A model generated the notes under the pieces. The model did not search any database. It saw only the letters and a list, made by a program, of their open reading frames with translations, and was not told where the DNA came from. Positions 20,763 through 32,074 of a DNA stretch of 64,000 nucleotides are shown here, one piece after another (the stretch's first letter is position 1; the number at the start of each line of letters is the position of its first letter). Location: contig OY970067.1 of NCBI GenBank assembly GCA_963705305.1, forward strand, positions 4,224,001-4,288,000, read 5' to 3'. This DNA comes from an uncultured Methylomirabilota bacterium. Lineage in GTDB: Bacteria; Methylomirabilota; Methylomirabilia; Methylomirabilales; 2-02-FULL-66-22. The position numbers were made by a program, and so were the translations under genes.

Positions 20763-21238
20763 TGGCCGTCTCCGTCGTGCACGATCTTTCCAACGCGGGA
20801 CGCCGTCACCTTGCCGTGGTACCGCTCGCCCACGATCACGACCGGCGCCATGGCGCACGCGCCCACGCAATTGACGGTCTTGAGCGTGAACCCGAGACCG
20901 GGGGTCGTCTCGCCCGGTGCCAGGTGGAGCTGCCGCTCCAGCTCCGCCAAGAGCCGGCCTGCCCCCCGGATGTGGCAGGCGGTCCCGGTGCACACCCGGA
21001 TGACGGTCCGCCCCTGGGGGCGGAGGGCAAACGCCTTGTAGAATGTCGCCACGGAGAAGATCTTGGCCTGCGGGATCGAGAGCGCTTCGGCCACCCGGGC
21101 GAGCACCTCGCACGGCAGATAGGTATAGGAGCGCTGCACGTCCTGCAAGACCTGGATCAGCGACGCTTCCGTCGCCGGATAGCGCGCCAAGATAGCCCCG
21201 AGGGGCGCCGGGTCCACGCACATCAGGCCGTCCGTCAT
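20759..21238 (-). CDS. HydC/NuoE-like 2Fe-2S subunit (module 1)
   Basis: LIQVLQDVQ..Y.YLP, VATFY, VCTGTACH, NCVGACAMAP. Confidence 0.9.
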   Translation of the reverse strand: MTDGLMCVDPAPLGAILARYPATEASLIQVLQDVQRSYTYLPCEVLARVAEALSIPQAKIFSVATFYKAFALRPQGRTVIRVCTGTACHIRGAGRLLAELERQLHLAPGETTPGLGFTLKTVNCVGACAMAPVVIVGERYHGKVTASRVGKIVHDGDGQ

Positions 21239-22041
21239 CCGAGCATCTCCCGGCCCGCCGCCGCCGACTCCCGGATGGGGAGCGGAGCGCGGTCTCCCGT
21301 CTCCGGCGTCCTGAACACGCCCAGGGGATAGTAGGGAATCATGTTCCGCTCCAGCCAGCGGCAGGCCTCGGCGGGCGGCATCCCCCAGTTGGTCGGGCAG
21401 ATCGACAGGATCTCGACCAGCGAGAAGCAGCGGTCCTCCATCTGGCAGCGGAACGCCCGCCGCAAGAGGGCCTTGGCCGCCGCCGCGTGCCGCGGCGTGT
21501 GCGCCGCCGCCCGCGCGATGAATGCGGGCGTCCGCAGGGTGGAGAGCAGCTCCGCCATGCGGATCGGATAGCCGGCGCTCCCCACGTCGCGGCCGTCCAC
21601 CGAGGTTGTCGTCACCTGCTCCGGCAGCGTGGTGGGCGCCATCTGCCCCCCCGTCATCCCGTAGGTGGCGTTGTTCACGAAGACCACGCTTACCTTCTCC
21701 CCGCGATTGGCGCAGTGGACGATTTCGGCCGTCCCGATCGAGGCCAGGTCGCCGTCCCCCTGGTAGGCCATCACGAAGAGGTCTGGCCGGGCCCGCTTGA
21801 TGCCGGTGGCCACGGCCGGGGCGCGCCCGTGGGCGGCGGCCTGGAAATCGGTCGCGAAGTAGTTGTAGGCGAATACCGAGCAGCCCACCGGGGCGATGCC
21901 CACCGTGCGCTCGCAAAGATGCAGCTCGTCCAGGAGCTCGGCGATCACCCGGTGGATCACGCCATGGGTGCACCCCGGGCAGTAGTGGGTGCCGACCGGC
22001 TCGAGCGAGCGGGGTCGCTCGAACAGCATGGCCTCAGCCAT
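21235..22041 (-). CDS. 2-oxoacid:ferredoxin oxidoreductase beta (TPP-binding) subunit, Vor type
   Basis: THYCPGCTHG, PVGCSV, HGRAPAVATG, YQGDGD, NNATYGMTGGQMAPTT, CPTNWG. Confidence 0.92.
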   Translation of the reverse strand: MAEAMLFERPRSLEPVGTHYCPGCTHGVIHRVIAELLDELHLCERTVGIAPVGCSVFAYNYFATDFQAAAHGRAPAVATGIKRARPDLFVMAYQGDGDLASIGTAEIVHCANRGEKVSVVFVNNATYGMTGGQMAPTTLPEQVTTTSVDGRDVGSAGYPIRMAELLSTLRTPAFIARAAAHTPRHAAAAKALLRRAFRCQMEDRCFSLVEILSICPTNWGMPPAEACRWLERNMIPYYPLGVFRTPETGDRAPLPIRESAAAGREMLG

Positions 22042-23128
22042 GGACCGCCTCCCGGGTCGCCGCCCTGTCGCTTAGGATCCGCAGGGCGGCCTCGACCACG
22101 TCCTCCGGCATCAGCAGGATCCCTCCCTGGCGCCCGATAAAGTGAATCGGCCTCCGGTCCCCCACGGCCAGCCGGACGTCCTCGATCATCTGTCCGGCCG
22201 ACAGCTCGGCGACCAGCACCGCGCCGGCCTGCTCCGCCGCCCGCCGCACCGTGTCGTAGGGAAAGGGAAAGAGCGAGATCGGGCGGCAGAGCGCGGCGGA
22301 GATCCCCCGCTGGACCAAGAGCTCCAGGGCGCTGGCGCAGACGCGGGCCACCGTCCCATACGCCACGATGAGGAGGTCGGCCGGCCCGGCCGGCGCGATC
22401 TCGGCGCAGCGGACTTCATCCCGCACCATGGTCGTGTACTTCGCCTGGAGCGCCAGGTTGTGCGCCTGGAGCTGGGCGGGGTCCAGGTAGAGCGAGTTGA
22501 TGATGGCCCGCGGGCGGCCGCCGTGCCAGCCGGTGGTGGCCCAGGTCTTGGGCGCCAGCGGCCTGCAGGGGGGACGCTCGGGGGTGAAGTCCACGGGCTC
22601 CATGATCTGCCCGATCAGCCCATCGCAAAGCAGCATCACCGGGTTGCGGTAGAAATCGGCCAGGTCGAAGGCATCCCGCATGAGATCCGCCGCCTCCTGG
22701 ACGGACCAGGGGGCCAGGACCAGGCAGCGGTAATCGCCGTGCCCCCCGCCCTTGGTGGCCTGGAGGTAGTCGCTCTGGCCGGGCAGGATGCCTCCCAGCC
22801 CGGGACCCGCGCGCATGACGTTGACGATGACGACCGGCAGCTCGGCGCCCGCCAGGTACGACACCGCCTCCATCATCAGCGAGATGCCCGGCGAGGAGGA
22901 GGCGGTCATCACCCGCTCCCCCGTTCCGGCGGCCCCGTACAGCATGTTGGAGGCCGCCACCTCGCTCTCCGCCTGGACGAAGGTGCCCCCCACCTGCGGG
23001 AGGCGGCGCGACATGTATTCCAGGATCTCGGTCTGCGGCGTGATCGGGTAGCCGAAGAAGAGCCGGCACCCGGCCTGCACCGCCGCCTCCCCGATGGCCT
23101 CGCATCCCTTGATCAGCGCCCGCGGCAT
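22034..23128 (-). CDS. vorB: 2-oxoacid:ferredoxin oxidoreductase alpha subunit (3-methyl-2-oxobutanoate dehydrogenase VorB type)
   Basis: KGCEAIGEAA, FGYPITPQTE, QAESEVA, SSSPGISL, GPGLGGI..QSDY..ATKGGGHGDY. Confidence 0.88.
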   Translation of the reverse strand: MPRALIKGCEAIGEAAVQAGCRLFFGYPITPQTEILEYMSRRLPQVGGTFVQAESEVAASNMLYGAAGTGERVMTASSSPGISLMMEAVSYLAGAELPVVIVNVMRAGPGLGGILPGQSDYLQATKGGGHGDYRCLVLAPWSVQEAADLMRDAFDLADFYRNPVMLLCDGLIGQIMEPVDFTPERPPCRPLAPKTWATTGWHGGRPRAIINSLYLDPAQLQAHNLALQAKYTTMVRDEVRCAEIAPAGPADLLIVAYGTVARVCASALELLVQRGISAALCRPISLFPFPYDTVRRAAEQAGAVLVAELSAGQMIEDVRLAVGDRRPIHFIGRQGGILLMPEDVVEAALRILSDRAATREAVHG

Positions 23129-23141
23129 GTGTCCGCCCCCA

Positions 23142-23375
23142 TCAGTACGCGAAGTAATGAACCAGGGTGCCGTGCACCCGCATCCGGATGGCCGCATCGG
23201 GACAGGCGATGCAGCACAGGCGGCACCCCATACAGCGCCAGCCGTCCGCGACCTCGGCGACCGCGTACCCCTTTGCGTTGATCCCGCCCCCCAGTCGCAG
23301 GACGCGCTGCGGGCAGACCTGGACGCACTGCTCGCACCCCTTGCACAGCTCGCGGTCGATCAGGATCTGGGGCAC
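23142..23375 (-). CDS. 2x[4Fe-4S] ferredoxin (delta subunit of the oxidoreductase)
   Basis: CKGCEQCVQVCP, INAKGY, CMGCRLCCIACPDAAI. Confidence 0.9.
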   Translation of the reverse strand: MPQILIDRELCKGCEQCVQVCPQRVLRLGGGINAKGYAVAEVADGWRCMGCRLCCIACPDAAIRMRVHGTLVHYFAY

Positions 23376-23377
23376 GC

Positions 23378-24262
23378 TCAGACTCCTGGATGCCGGAACG
23401 CGCCCGTCGAAGGCGCCCACGGCGCAGCCGGGACGGCGGCCTCACGCAGGGGGACGCGCCCGCTCGGCCGGGCGGCCAAACGCCCCGTCCTCTGGAGCTG
23501 TCGCGGTTGTGTCTCGAACGGCGGGGAGACCAGGCGGCGCAGCGGCAGAACCGGACAGGGCGCCCAGCCGGGCAAAAACGCTCCGACCAAACGCTCCTCG
23601 ACCGCGACCAGGGCCACCGGCAGGCTCAGCACCGCCGCCGCCTGCTCTGTTAGCCGGAGGCCGCTCCTCACGGTGTCGGGGGTCGTCTCGGAGAGGAGAT
23701 GCGTGTTGGACACGAGGCCGCTGACGGGCAGCCGCGCCGCCGCCTCGATGGCGCGGACCGTCGCCACCGCCTGCTCGACGGTCTCCGTCTGCGGGCGCGC
23801 GAAGTTGAGGACCAGCAGGTGCTCGACGTCGCTTTTCGGCAGCGCCTCCGAGATGGCACCGAAAACCAGGGCTCCGACCGGATCGCCGCCAACGTCGACG
23901 ATGACCCGAGGCCCGCCGTTGAGGATGAGGCCGAGCGCGTCCGGCGGCACGACCGGCATGTCGGCGCGGGCGGCCTCCCCGTCCGCGGAGACGACGCGCA
24001 CCCCCCGGCCGGCCATCTCGACCTTGAGCGCTCGGCAGCGGAAGTAGGGCTTGACGACATCGAGGTCCACCAGCGTCACGGGCTCGCCGCTCCGCCCCAG
24101 CTCCAGCGCCCCGTTGACCGCGATCTCGGTCTTCCCGCTGCCAAAGTTCCCGGTAATGACGGTCACCCGGCGTGCAAACACCAGCCACCTCCCAAGCCTC
24201 GACGCACCGTCTCCCCGACTCCTCGAGAGCGGTGGCGGGCTCACCGGCGGTATACGGGGCAC
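23378..24262 (-). CDS. P-loop ATPase of unknown function (MinD/CobQ-like fold)
   Basis: ITGNFGSGKTEIAVN Walker A, DLDVVKPYFR, DVGGD..GA, VSNTHL; start uncertain. Confidence 0.8.
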   Translation of the reverse strand: MPRIPPVSPPPLSRSRGDGASRLGRWLVFARRVTVITGNFGSGKTEIAVNGALELGRSGEPVTLVDLDVVKPYFRCRALKVEMAGRGVRVVSADGEAARADMPVVPPDALGLILNGGPRVIVDVGGDPVGALVFGAISEALPKSDVEHLLVLNFARPQTETVEQAVATVRAIEAAARLPVSGLVSNTHLLSETTPDTVRSGLRLTEQAAAVLSLPVALVAVEERLVGAFLPGWAPCPVLPLRRLVSPPFETQPRQLQRTGRLAARPSGRVPLREAAVPAAPWAPSTGAFRHPGV

Positions 24263-24341
24263 GATGAAGGCCTGAAAGGTGTATGGACTGCGGTCACCGG
24301 CCCCGATCCCTGGTCATCAGTTCAAGCCCGCATTGACTTAT

Positions 24342-24357
24342 AGCAAGCGGGGGGCCA
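24342..24357 (-). promoter_or_regulatory. Sigma54 (-24/-12) promoter for the ATPase-vor-hydCBA-like operon
   Basis: Minus strand TGGCCCCCCGCTTGCT: GG-N10-GC. Confidence 0.7.
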
Positions 24358-24423
24358 TGCGGCGACCGACTCGTAACCTCGTGCACAATAAGGGCGGCCG
24401 GCCGAACGACATCAAACTGTCTA

Positions 24424-24457
24424 TTGCAAAATGCAGTGGTCTGATTTCATAATGCAA
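24424..24457. promoter_or_regulatory. Putative tandem UAS for the XylR-like activator
   Basis: Two imperfect palindromes TTGCAAAATGCAG and TTTCATAATGCAA with a 21-bp period, 70-100 bp upstream of the sigma54 promoter. Confidence 0.6.
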
Positions 24458-24469
24458 GTGGAGGGCATC

Positions 24470-26092
<1,623 letters not shown>

Positions 26093-26096
26093 TGAC

Positions 26097-26119
26097 TTAG
26101 GGGACGTTGCTTCCTTATT
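26097..26119 (+). repeat. Solo copy of the RAYT-flanking 23-bp terminal sequence
   Basis: TTAGGGGACGTTGCTTCCTTATT, 22/23 identical to 49686-49708. Confidence 0.85.
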
Positions 26120-26179
26120 CTCCTTGCTCCCCGCACTCGCCCACGCGGCCAAGGACACTCCGGGTCTCCTGCTCAAGGG

Positions 26180-26405
26180 CCAGAGGTCAGAGGTCGGCAG
26201 TCGGAGGACAGTAGCCAGAAGAGCGTTCGGGGCCTCACGCCAAGATCGCCAGGAAGGGAAAACCGGGGAACCGGAGAGCCGGGGAATCGGCGACGCGGAG
26301 AACCTGTGCCCGTGCCTTCTCTCCGTGGCTCGGTTTCCCCGTTTCCCCGTGTCTCCGGCTCTCCGATTCTCCCCCTCCCCCCTGCGTTCCTCCCTTCCCC
26401 CCTCC
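26180..26405. repeat. Degenerate heptamer/octamer tandem repeats, partly arranged as an inverted pair
   Basis: CAGAGGT-like 7-mers, then ACCGGGGA/ACCGGAGA-like 8-mers followed by complementary TCCCCGTT/TCTCCGGC-like 8-mers. Confidence 0.6.
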
Positions 26406-26507
26406 TTGACATCTTTGCTATTCGGCGCCATCCTCGCCCCGACGCAATCAGGTATGTCCCCAAAAAAGGCTCGCGCCTCCTCGTTGGCGCTCAGGGAATT
26501 GACATCC

Positions 26508-29500
26508 ATGACCCGCCGCCACCCGCTCGCCGGCTTCCACCCGGCCGTTCAGGCCTGGTTCCGCGCCTCCTTCCCAGCCCCCACCCGCGCCCAAGAGCTG
26601 GCCTGGCCCGAGATCCTGGCCGGTCGGTCCACCCTCCTATCCGCGCCCACCGGATCGGGGAAAACGTTGGCCGCCTTCCTCGCCGCCATCCAGCGCCTGA
26701 TGTTCTTCCCTCCCCCCCAGCCGCACGCCCGCTGCCGTGTCCTGTACGTCTCGCCGCTCCGAGCGCTGGCGGTCGATGTAGAGCGGAACCTGCGGGTGCC
26801 CCTGGCGGGGATCGAGCGCGAGGCTGCCCGACGGGGTCTGGCGGTCCATCCGGTGACAGTTGCCATCCGGTCGGGCGATACGCCCGGGGCCGAGCGGGCC
26901 CGCATGGCGCGAAGACCCCCGGACATCCTGATCACGACCCCCGAGTCCCTCTTCCTCATCCTCACCTCCAAGGCGCGGGCGATCCTGGCCTCCGTCGAGA
27001 TCGTCATCCTGGACGAGATTCACGCCCTGCTAGGGACCAAGCGTGGGGCACACCTGGCCCTCTCGATCGAGCGCGTGGCCGAGCTGTCGGGGCGCGATCC
27101 GCAGCGGATCGGGCTCTCCGCCACGCAGCGGCCGCTCGAGCTGGTGGCCCGCTTTCTGGGGGGCGGCCGGCCCCGCGAGCGCTGGCAGCCCCGCCCCGTC
27201 AGTATCGTGGACGCCGGCCCTGCCAAGGCCTACGACCTCAGGGTCGAGGTCCCGGTCGAGGACATGGCCCGGCCGGGCGAGGGCGTCGAGCATCGCGGCG
27301 GGGAGATCGCGGCCCCGGACCGCGGCCCGATCCAGCGGCGCTCTATCTGGCCCGCCATCCACCCGCGTCTCCTGGAGCTGATCCGCACGCACACCTCCAC
27401 CATCCTCTTCGTCAACTCCCGACGGATAGCCGAGCGCCTCGCCGCCGCGCTCAACGAGCTGGCCGGCGAAGAATTGGTGCGGGCCCACCACGGCTCCCTG
27501 GCCCGCGAAGAGCGCCTCCTGATCGAGGATGCGCTCAAAAAGGGGCGCCTTCCCGCCCTGGTGGCCACCTCCACCCTGGAGCTCGGAATCGACATGGGCG
27601 CCGTGGACCTGGTGGTGCAGATCGAGACGCCCCCCTCCGTGGCCAGCGGCATCCAGCGCATCGGCCGTGCCAGCCACCAGGCCGGCGCCGTCTCGCGCGG
27701 CGTCCTCTTCCCCAAGTACCGGGGAGACCTCCTGGCCACGGCGGCCATCACCCGGGCGATCCTGCAGGGCGATATCGAGGAGACGCGGATGCCCGCCAAT
27801 CCCCTCGATGTCCTGGCCCAGCACCTCGTCTCCATGGCGGTGGCAGGTGATCGAAAGGTGAACGACCTATACGCCGTGGTTCGGCGGGCGGCGCCCTACG
27901 CGCGGCTCCCGCGGGGCCAGTTCGAGGGCGTGCTGGACATGCTGTCCGGGCGCTACGCCTCCCCCCGGCTGGCGACGCTCCGGCCGCGGCTCACCTGGGA
28001 CCGCCTGCAGGGAACCGTGCGGCCCCGCGAGGGCGCCCGGGCCCTGGTGGTGACGAATGCCGGGACGATCCCCGACCGGGGGCTCTACGGCGTCTTCCTG
28101 GCAGGTGCGGAGCCGGCCAAAGGCGGGCACCAGAGATCCGGCGGGCGGCGAGTCGGCGAGCTGGACGAGGAGATGGTCTTCGAAAGCCGCGTGGGCGACG
28201 TCTTCGTCCTCGGGGCCTCCAGCTGGCGGATCCTGGAGATCACACGCGACCGCGTCCTGGTGGCGCCGGCCCCCGGAGAGCCGGGACGACTGCCCTTCTG
28301 GAAGGCCGACCGCCCGCCTCGACCCGCGGAGACCGGCCGCGCCATCGGCCGCCTGACGCGCGAGCTGCTGGCGCTTCCCCGCAAGGCGGCCCTCGCCCGG
28401 CTCGTCCGGGACCACGCGCTGGAGGCGCAGGCGGCGCGAAACCTCCTGGCATACCTGGACGAGCAGCGGAAGGCCACGGGCGCGCTCCCGGACGACCGGA
28501 CGATCGTCCTGGAGCGGTTCCGGGACGAGATGGGAGATTGGCGGCTCTGCCTCCTCTCCCCGTTCGGCGGCCGGATTCACGCTCCCTGGACGCTGGCGAT
28601 GGAGGCCCGGCTGCGCCGGGGCGGCGAGCCGGAGGTCGAGACCCTCTGGAGCGACGACGGGATCGTCCTCCGCCTCCCCGACCGGGATCGGCCTCCCGAG
28701 GCGGCCGCCCTCCTGCCCGATCCCGAAGAGATGGAAGACCTGGTGGCGGGGGCCCTCGCCGAGTCGGCCCTGTTCGCGGCGACCTTCCGGGAGGCCGCCG
28801 CGCGCGCCCTTCTGTTGCCGCGGCGCCGGCCCGGCCAGCGCACGCCCCTCTGGATGCAGCGGAAGCGGGCCGCGGACCTCTTGGCGGCCGCCGCCGGCAC
28901 CCGCTCCTTCCCCATCCTCCTCGAGACCTACCGGGAATGCCTGCAGGATATCTTCGATCTCCCCGGCCTGGTGGACCTGGCCGAGCGCGTGCGGCGGCGC
29001 GACATCCGGCTGGTCACGGTGGATACCGCCGCCCCGTCCCCCTTCTCGGCCTCCCTCCTGTTCGGCTACGTTGCCAATTACATCTACGACGGGGACGCGC
29101 CGCTGGCGGAGCGCCGCGCCCACGCCCTCATGGTCGACCAGCGGCAGCTGCGCGAGCTGCTGGGCGAGGCGGAGCTGCGGGAGCTTTTGGATGGCTCCGC
29201 CCTCCAGGAGCTGGAGCTGGCCCTGCAGGGCCTGGAGGAGGATCGGAAGGCGGGCAGCGCGGATCGGCTGCACGATCTGCTGCTCCGCCTGGGTGATCTC
29301 CACGCGCCACGAGAATCGCCGCCCGCGTGGCGCCACGGCGCCGGCCGGCGGAGGCGAAACCCGAGGACCCCAGGACACTGTCCGCCCGCCTCGTCGAAGA
29401 GCTGTTGCGCGACGGCCGCGCGCTGTGCGTCCGCATGGGCGGCGAAGAGCGGGCGATCGCGGCCGAGGAGGCCGGACGCTACCGCGACGCCCTGGGAATC

Positions 29501-31060
29501 CGGCTGCCCGAGGGCCTGCCGGCGCCCTTTCTCGAGCCGGTCCCCGACGCGCTGGGCGAGATCGTGGCGCGCTTTGCGCGCACCCACGGTCCCTTCCAAA
29601 CCGCGGATATCGCGAGACGCTACGGCCTGCACGAAGCGGAGACGACGGCCGCCCTCGACCGCCTGGCGGCAGCCGGCCGGATCCTGGAGGGGGAATTCCG
29701 GCCGGGAGGTCGCGGACGCGAGTGGTGCGACGCGGAGGTGCTGGCCGCCCTGCGGCGCCGATCCCTCTCGCGCTTCCGGAAACAGGTCGAGCCCGCAGAG
29801 CCGGCCGCGCTGGCACGCCTCCTGGCCGACTGGCAGGGTATTTCCCCGGAGGGTGCCGAGACCGCATCCATTCGAAGCGGTCCGGATGCGCTCCTGGACG
29901 TCCTGGAGCAGCTCCAGGGGGCGGCCATCCCGGCATCGACGCTGGAGACCGACATCCTCCCCGCCCGCCTGCCGGCCTACCATCCGCAGGATCTCGACGC
30001 CCTCCTGGCAGCGGGGGAAGTCATCTGGACGGGCGTGGCGCCGCTGGGAGAGCACGATGGCAAGCTCTCCCTCTATCTTTCCGAGGACTGGCCCCTCCTG
30101 CGCCCGGACGCCCCGCCCGGGCCGACGGGCGATCTCCACGAGGCCATCCGTCGCGTGCTCGGCCGGCGCGGCGCCAGCTTCTTCAGCGATCTGCGTGCTG
30201 CCGTCGGCGGGGCGTTGGAGCGGCAGGTTCTGGATGCCTTGTGGGAGCTCGTCTGGGCGGGCGAGGTGACCAACGATACCCTGGCCCCGCTGCGGGCATT
30301 CCTGGCCCAACGGCAGGTCGGCCGACGGGCGGGCCGCCGGATCTCGCTCTTCCGGACGCGCCGATCCGCAGCGCCATCGGCGGCCGGACGCTGGAGCCTG
30401 CTCGATCCACTCGCCGGCCGCGACGCCCCCACACCCACCGAGCGGCTGGCCGCGCTGGCGGGGCAGCTCCTGGGCCGATATGGAGTTCTCACCCGCGATG
30501 GCGTAACTGCAGAGGGGGTGACCGGTGGGTTTGCCGCGCTCTACCCGGTCCTCGCGACTCTCGAAGAACAGGGGAAGGCCCGGCGAGGCTACTTCGTCAC
30601 CGGCCTCGGCGGCTCCCAGTTCGCGGACGCGGGCGCCCTGGACCGTCTGCGGGCGCTCCGCGAAGGCGTCGGCGAGCCCCGTGCGGTCGTCCTGGCGGCG
30701 GCCGACCCCGCCCAGCCGTACGGCTCCGTCCTGCCATGGCCGAAAGGCGACGCCCGGCTGGCGCGGGTGACCGGGGCCCACGTCGTGCTGGTGGACGGGC
30801 GTCTGCTGGCGTACCTCTCGCGCGAGGAGCGGGAGCTGCGCGCCTTCCTTCCCGAGGAGGAGCCCGACTGCTCGACCCTGGCACAGGCGGCGGCGCGGGC
30901 GCTCTTCAGGTGGGCGCGGCGCACCGGACGCACGGGCCTGGGGTGGTCCGCAGAGGATGAGGCCCCCGCCTCGCAGGGCCCCCTCGCCCCCTTCCTCATC
31001 GCGGCGGGCTTCCAGGCGTTTGGCCCGGCCCTCCGCCTGCACCCTCGAACAGGCTGCTGA
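26508..31060 (+). CDS. lhr: Full-length Lhr helicase (SF2) with C-terminal winged-helix/glycosylase-like region; two +1 indels at about 29300 and 29314
   Basis: APTGSGKTLAAF, ITTPESL, DEIH, GLSAT, HHGSL, LELGID, QRIGRA, GTIPD, LWELVWAGEVTNDT, GRWSL, RRGYFV. Confidence 0.9.
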
Positions 31061-31264
31061 AAAAGGCCCATCTGCTGCGTTGGCGCACTCGCGCGACGCT
31101 GCGGCGTACCCGTAAGTACGCCTCGCGTCTGCACCCATCCTCACGGATGGGTACCCGGCGCGCCGCCTTGCCATTCGACAGGCTCATGGTCCCGAGCGAA
31201 GTCGAGGGACATCTGGACCTTTTTGAGCAGCCCGGGGGAAACGGGTTTTTTCGGCAGCCTGCTA
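31048..31264 (+). mobile_element. MITE-like element, copy 2, with nested REP-like insertion (31171-31209)
   Basis: Terminal inverted repeats AACAGGCTGCTGAAAAA / TTTTTCGGCAGCCTGCTA; homologous to 17919-18072. Confidence 0.82.
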
Positions 31265-31350
31265 ATCGCATCGCGCGGGGGGCCTATGCGGGAGCAGTCA
31301 TTCCCAATCCGAGAAATTTCGAACTTCGAATTTCGAATTCCCGCTCCCAC

Positions 31351-31992
31351 TCAGGCGAGGGGAATCTTCTCCGCGAGCTTCGCCCGGGGTATCGCGCCTT
31401 CGCGCAGCAGGCGGGCCGGCGTGACGGTGCAGTCGAGGACGGTTGACGGGACGCCCAGGGTCACGCGGCCGCCGTCCAGGATCAGGTCGATCTGGCCGCC
31501 GATGGCCCGCTGGACCGTCTTGGCGTCGGCCGGATCGGCGCCGCCGCTCTTGTTCGCGCTGGTCCCGATGCACGGGCCGTTGAAGGCGCGCAGGACGGCC
31601 TGGGCCACGGCACCGGCCGGCATGCGGACGCCGATCGTCCCGGTCGAGCCGGCCAGGGCGGCTGGAACCTTGGAGGCGGCCTTCACCACCAGCGTCAAGG
31701 GTCCGGGCCAGAACGCATGCATCAGCAGGCGCGCGTCCTGGGGCAGCACGGCCGCAAGGTCGGCCGCGGCCTCCGCCGAGCCTACGAGGACGCTCAGCGG
31801 CTTCCCGTGATGGCGCCCCTTGGTCAAAAGCACCTTCTCGATGGCGGCGGCTTCAAGGGCATTCGCCCCCAGGGCGTACAGGGTGTCGGTGGGAAACGCG
31901 ACCAGCCCTCCCCGCCGGAGCACATCCGCGGCCTGGGCGACGATCTCCGGCTGGGGGGACTTCGAATCTACCGCAAGCACGCGCGTCTTCAC
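31351..31992 (-). CDS. tsaC: L-threonylcarbamoyladenylate synthase (Sua5/YrdC)
   Basis: AFPTDTLYALG, KGR...KPL, FWPGPLT, GVRMP, TSANKSG, PSTVLD. Confidence 0.93.
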   Translation of the reverse strand: MKTRVLAVDSKSPQPEIVAQAADVLRRGGLVAFPTDTLYALGANALEAAAIEKVLLTKGRHHGKPLSVLVGSAEAAADLAAVLPQDARLLMHAFWPGPLTLVVKAASKVPAALAGSTGTIGVRMPAGAVAQAVLRAFNGPCIGTSANKSGGADPADAKTVQRAIGGQIDLILDGGRVTLGVPSTVLDCTVTPARLLREGAIPRAKLAEKIPLA

Positions 31993-32074
31993 GGATCTGG
32001 CCTCCTTCCGGTCGACGCCGAGCGCCGCCTCGCAGCCGCCCGGCAGGGGTGCGCAGCGCTCCGGCCCCTGAGTC

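Noticed and set aside
10195..21238. Calling the modules hydrogenase, formate dehydrogenase or complex I nuoEFG
   Set aside because: No H-cluster, NiFe or molybdopterin motifs; A-like subunits are short; no membrane nuo genes adjacent
29290..29330. Programmed ribosomal frameshift in lhr
   Set aside because: No slippery heptamer; two separate doubled bases restore a normal-looking frame, matching the error pattern elsewhere
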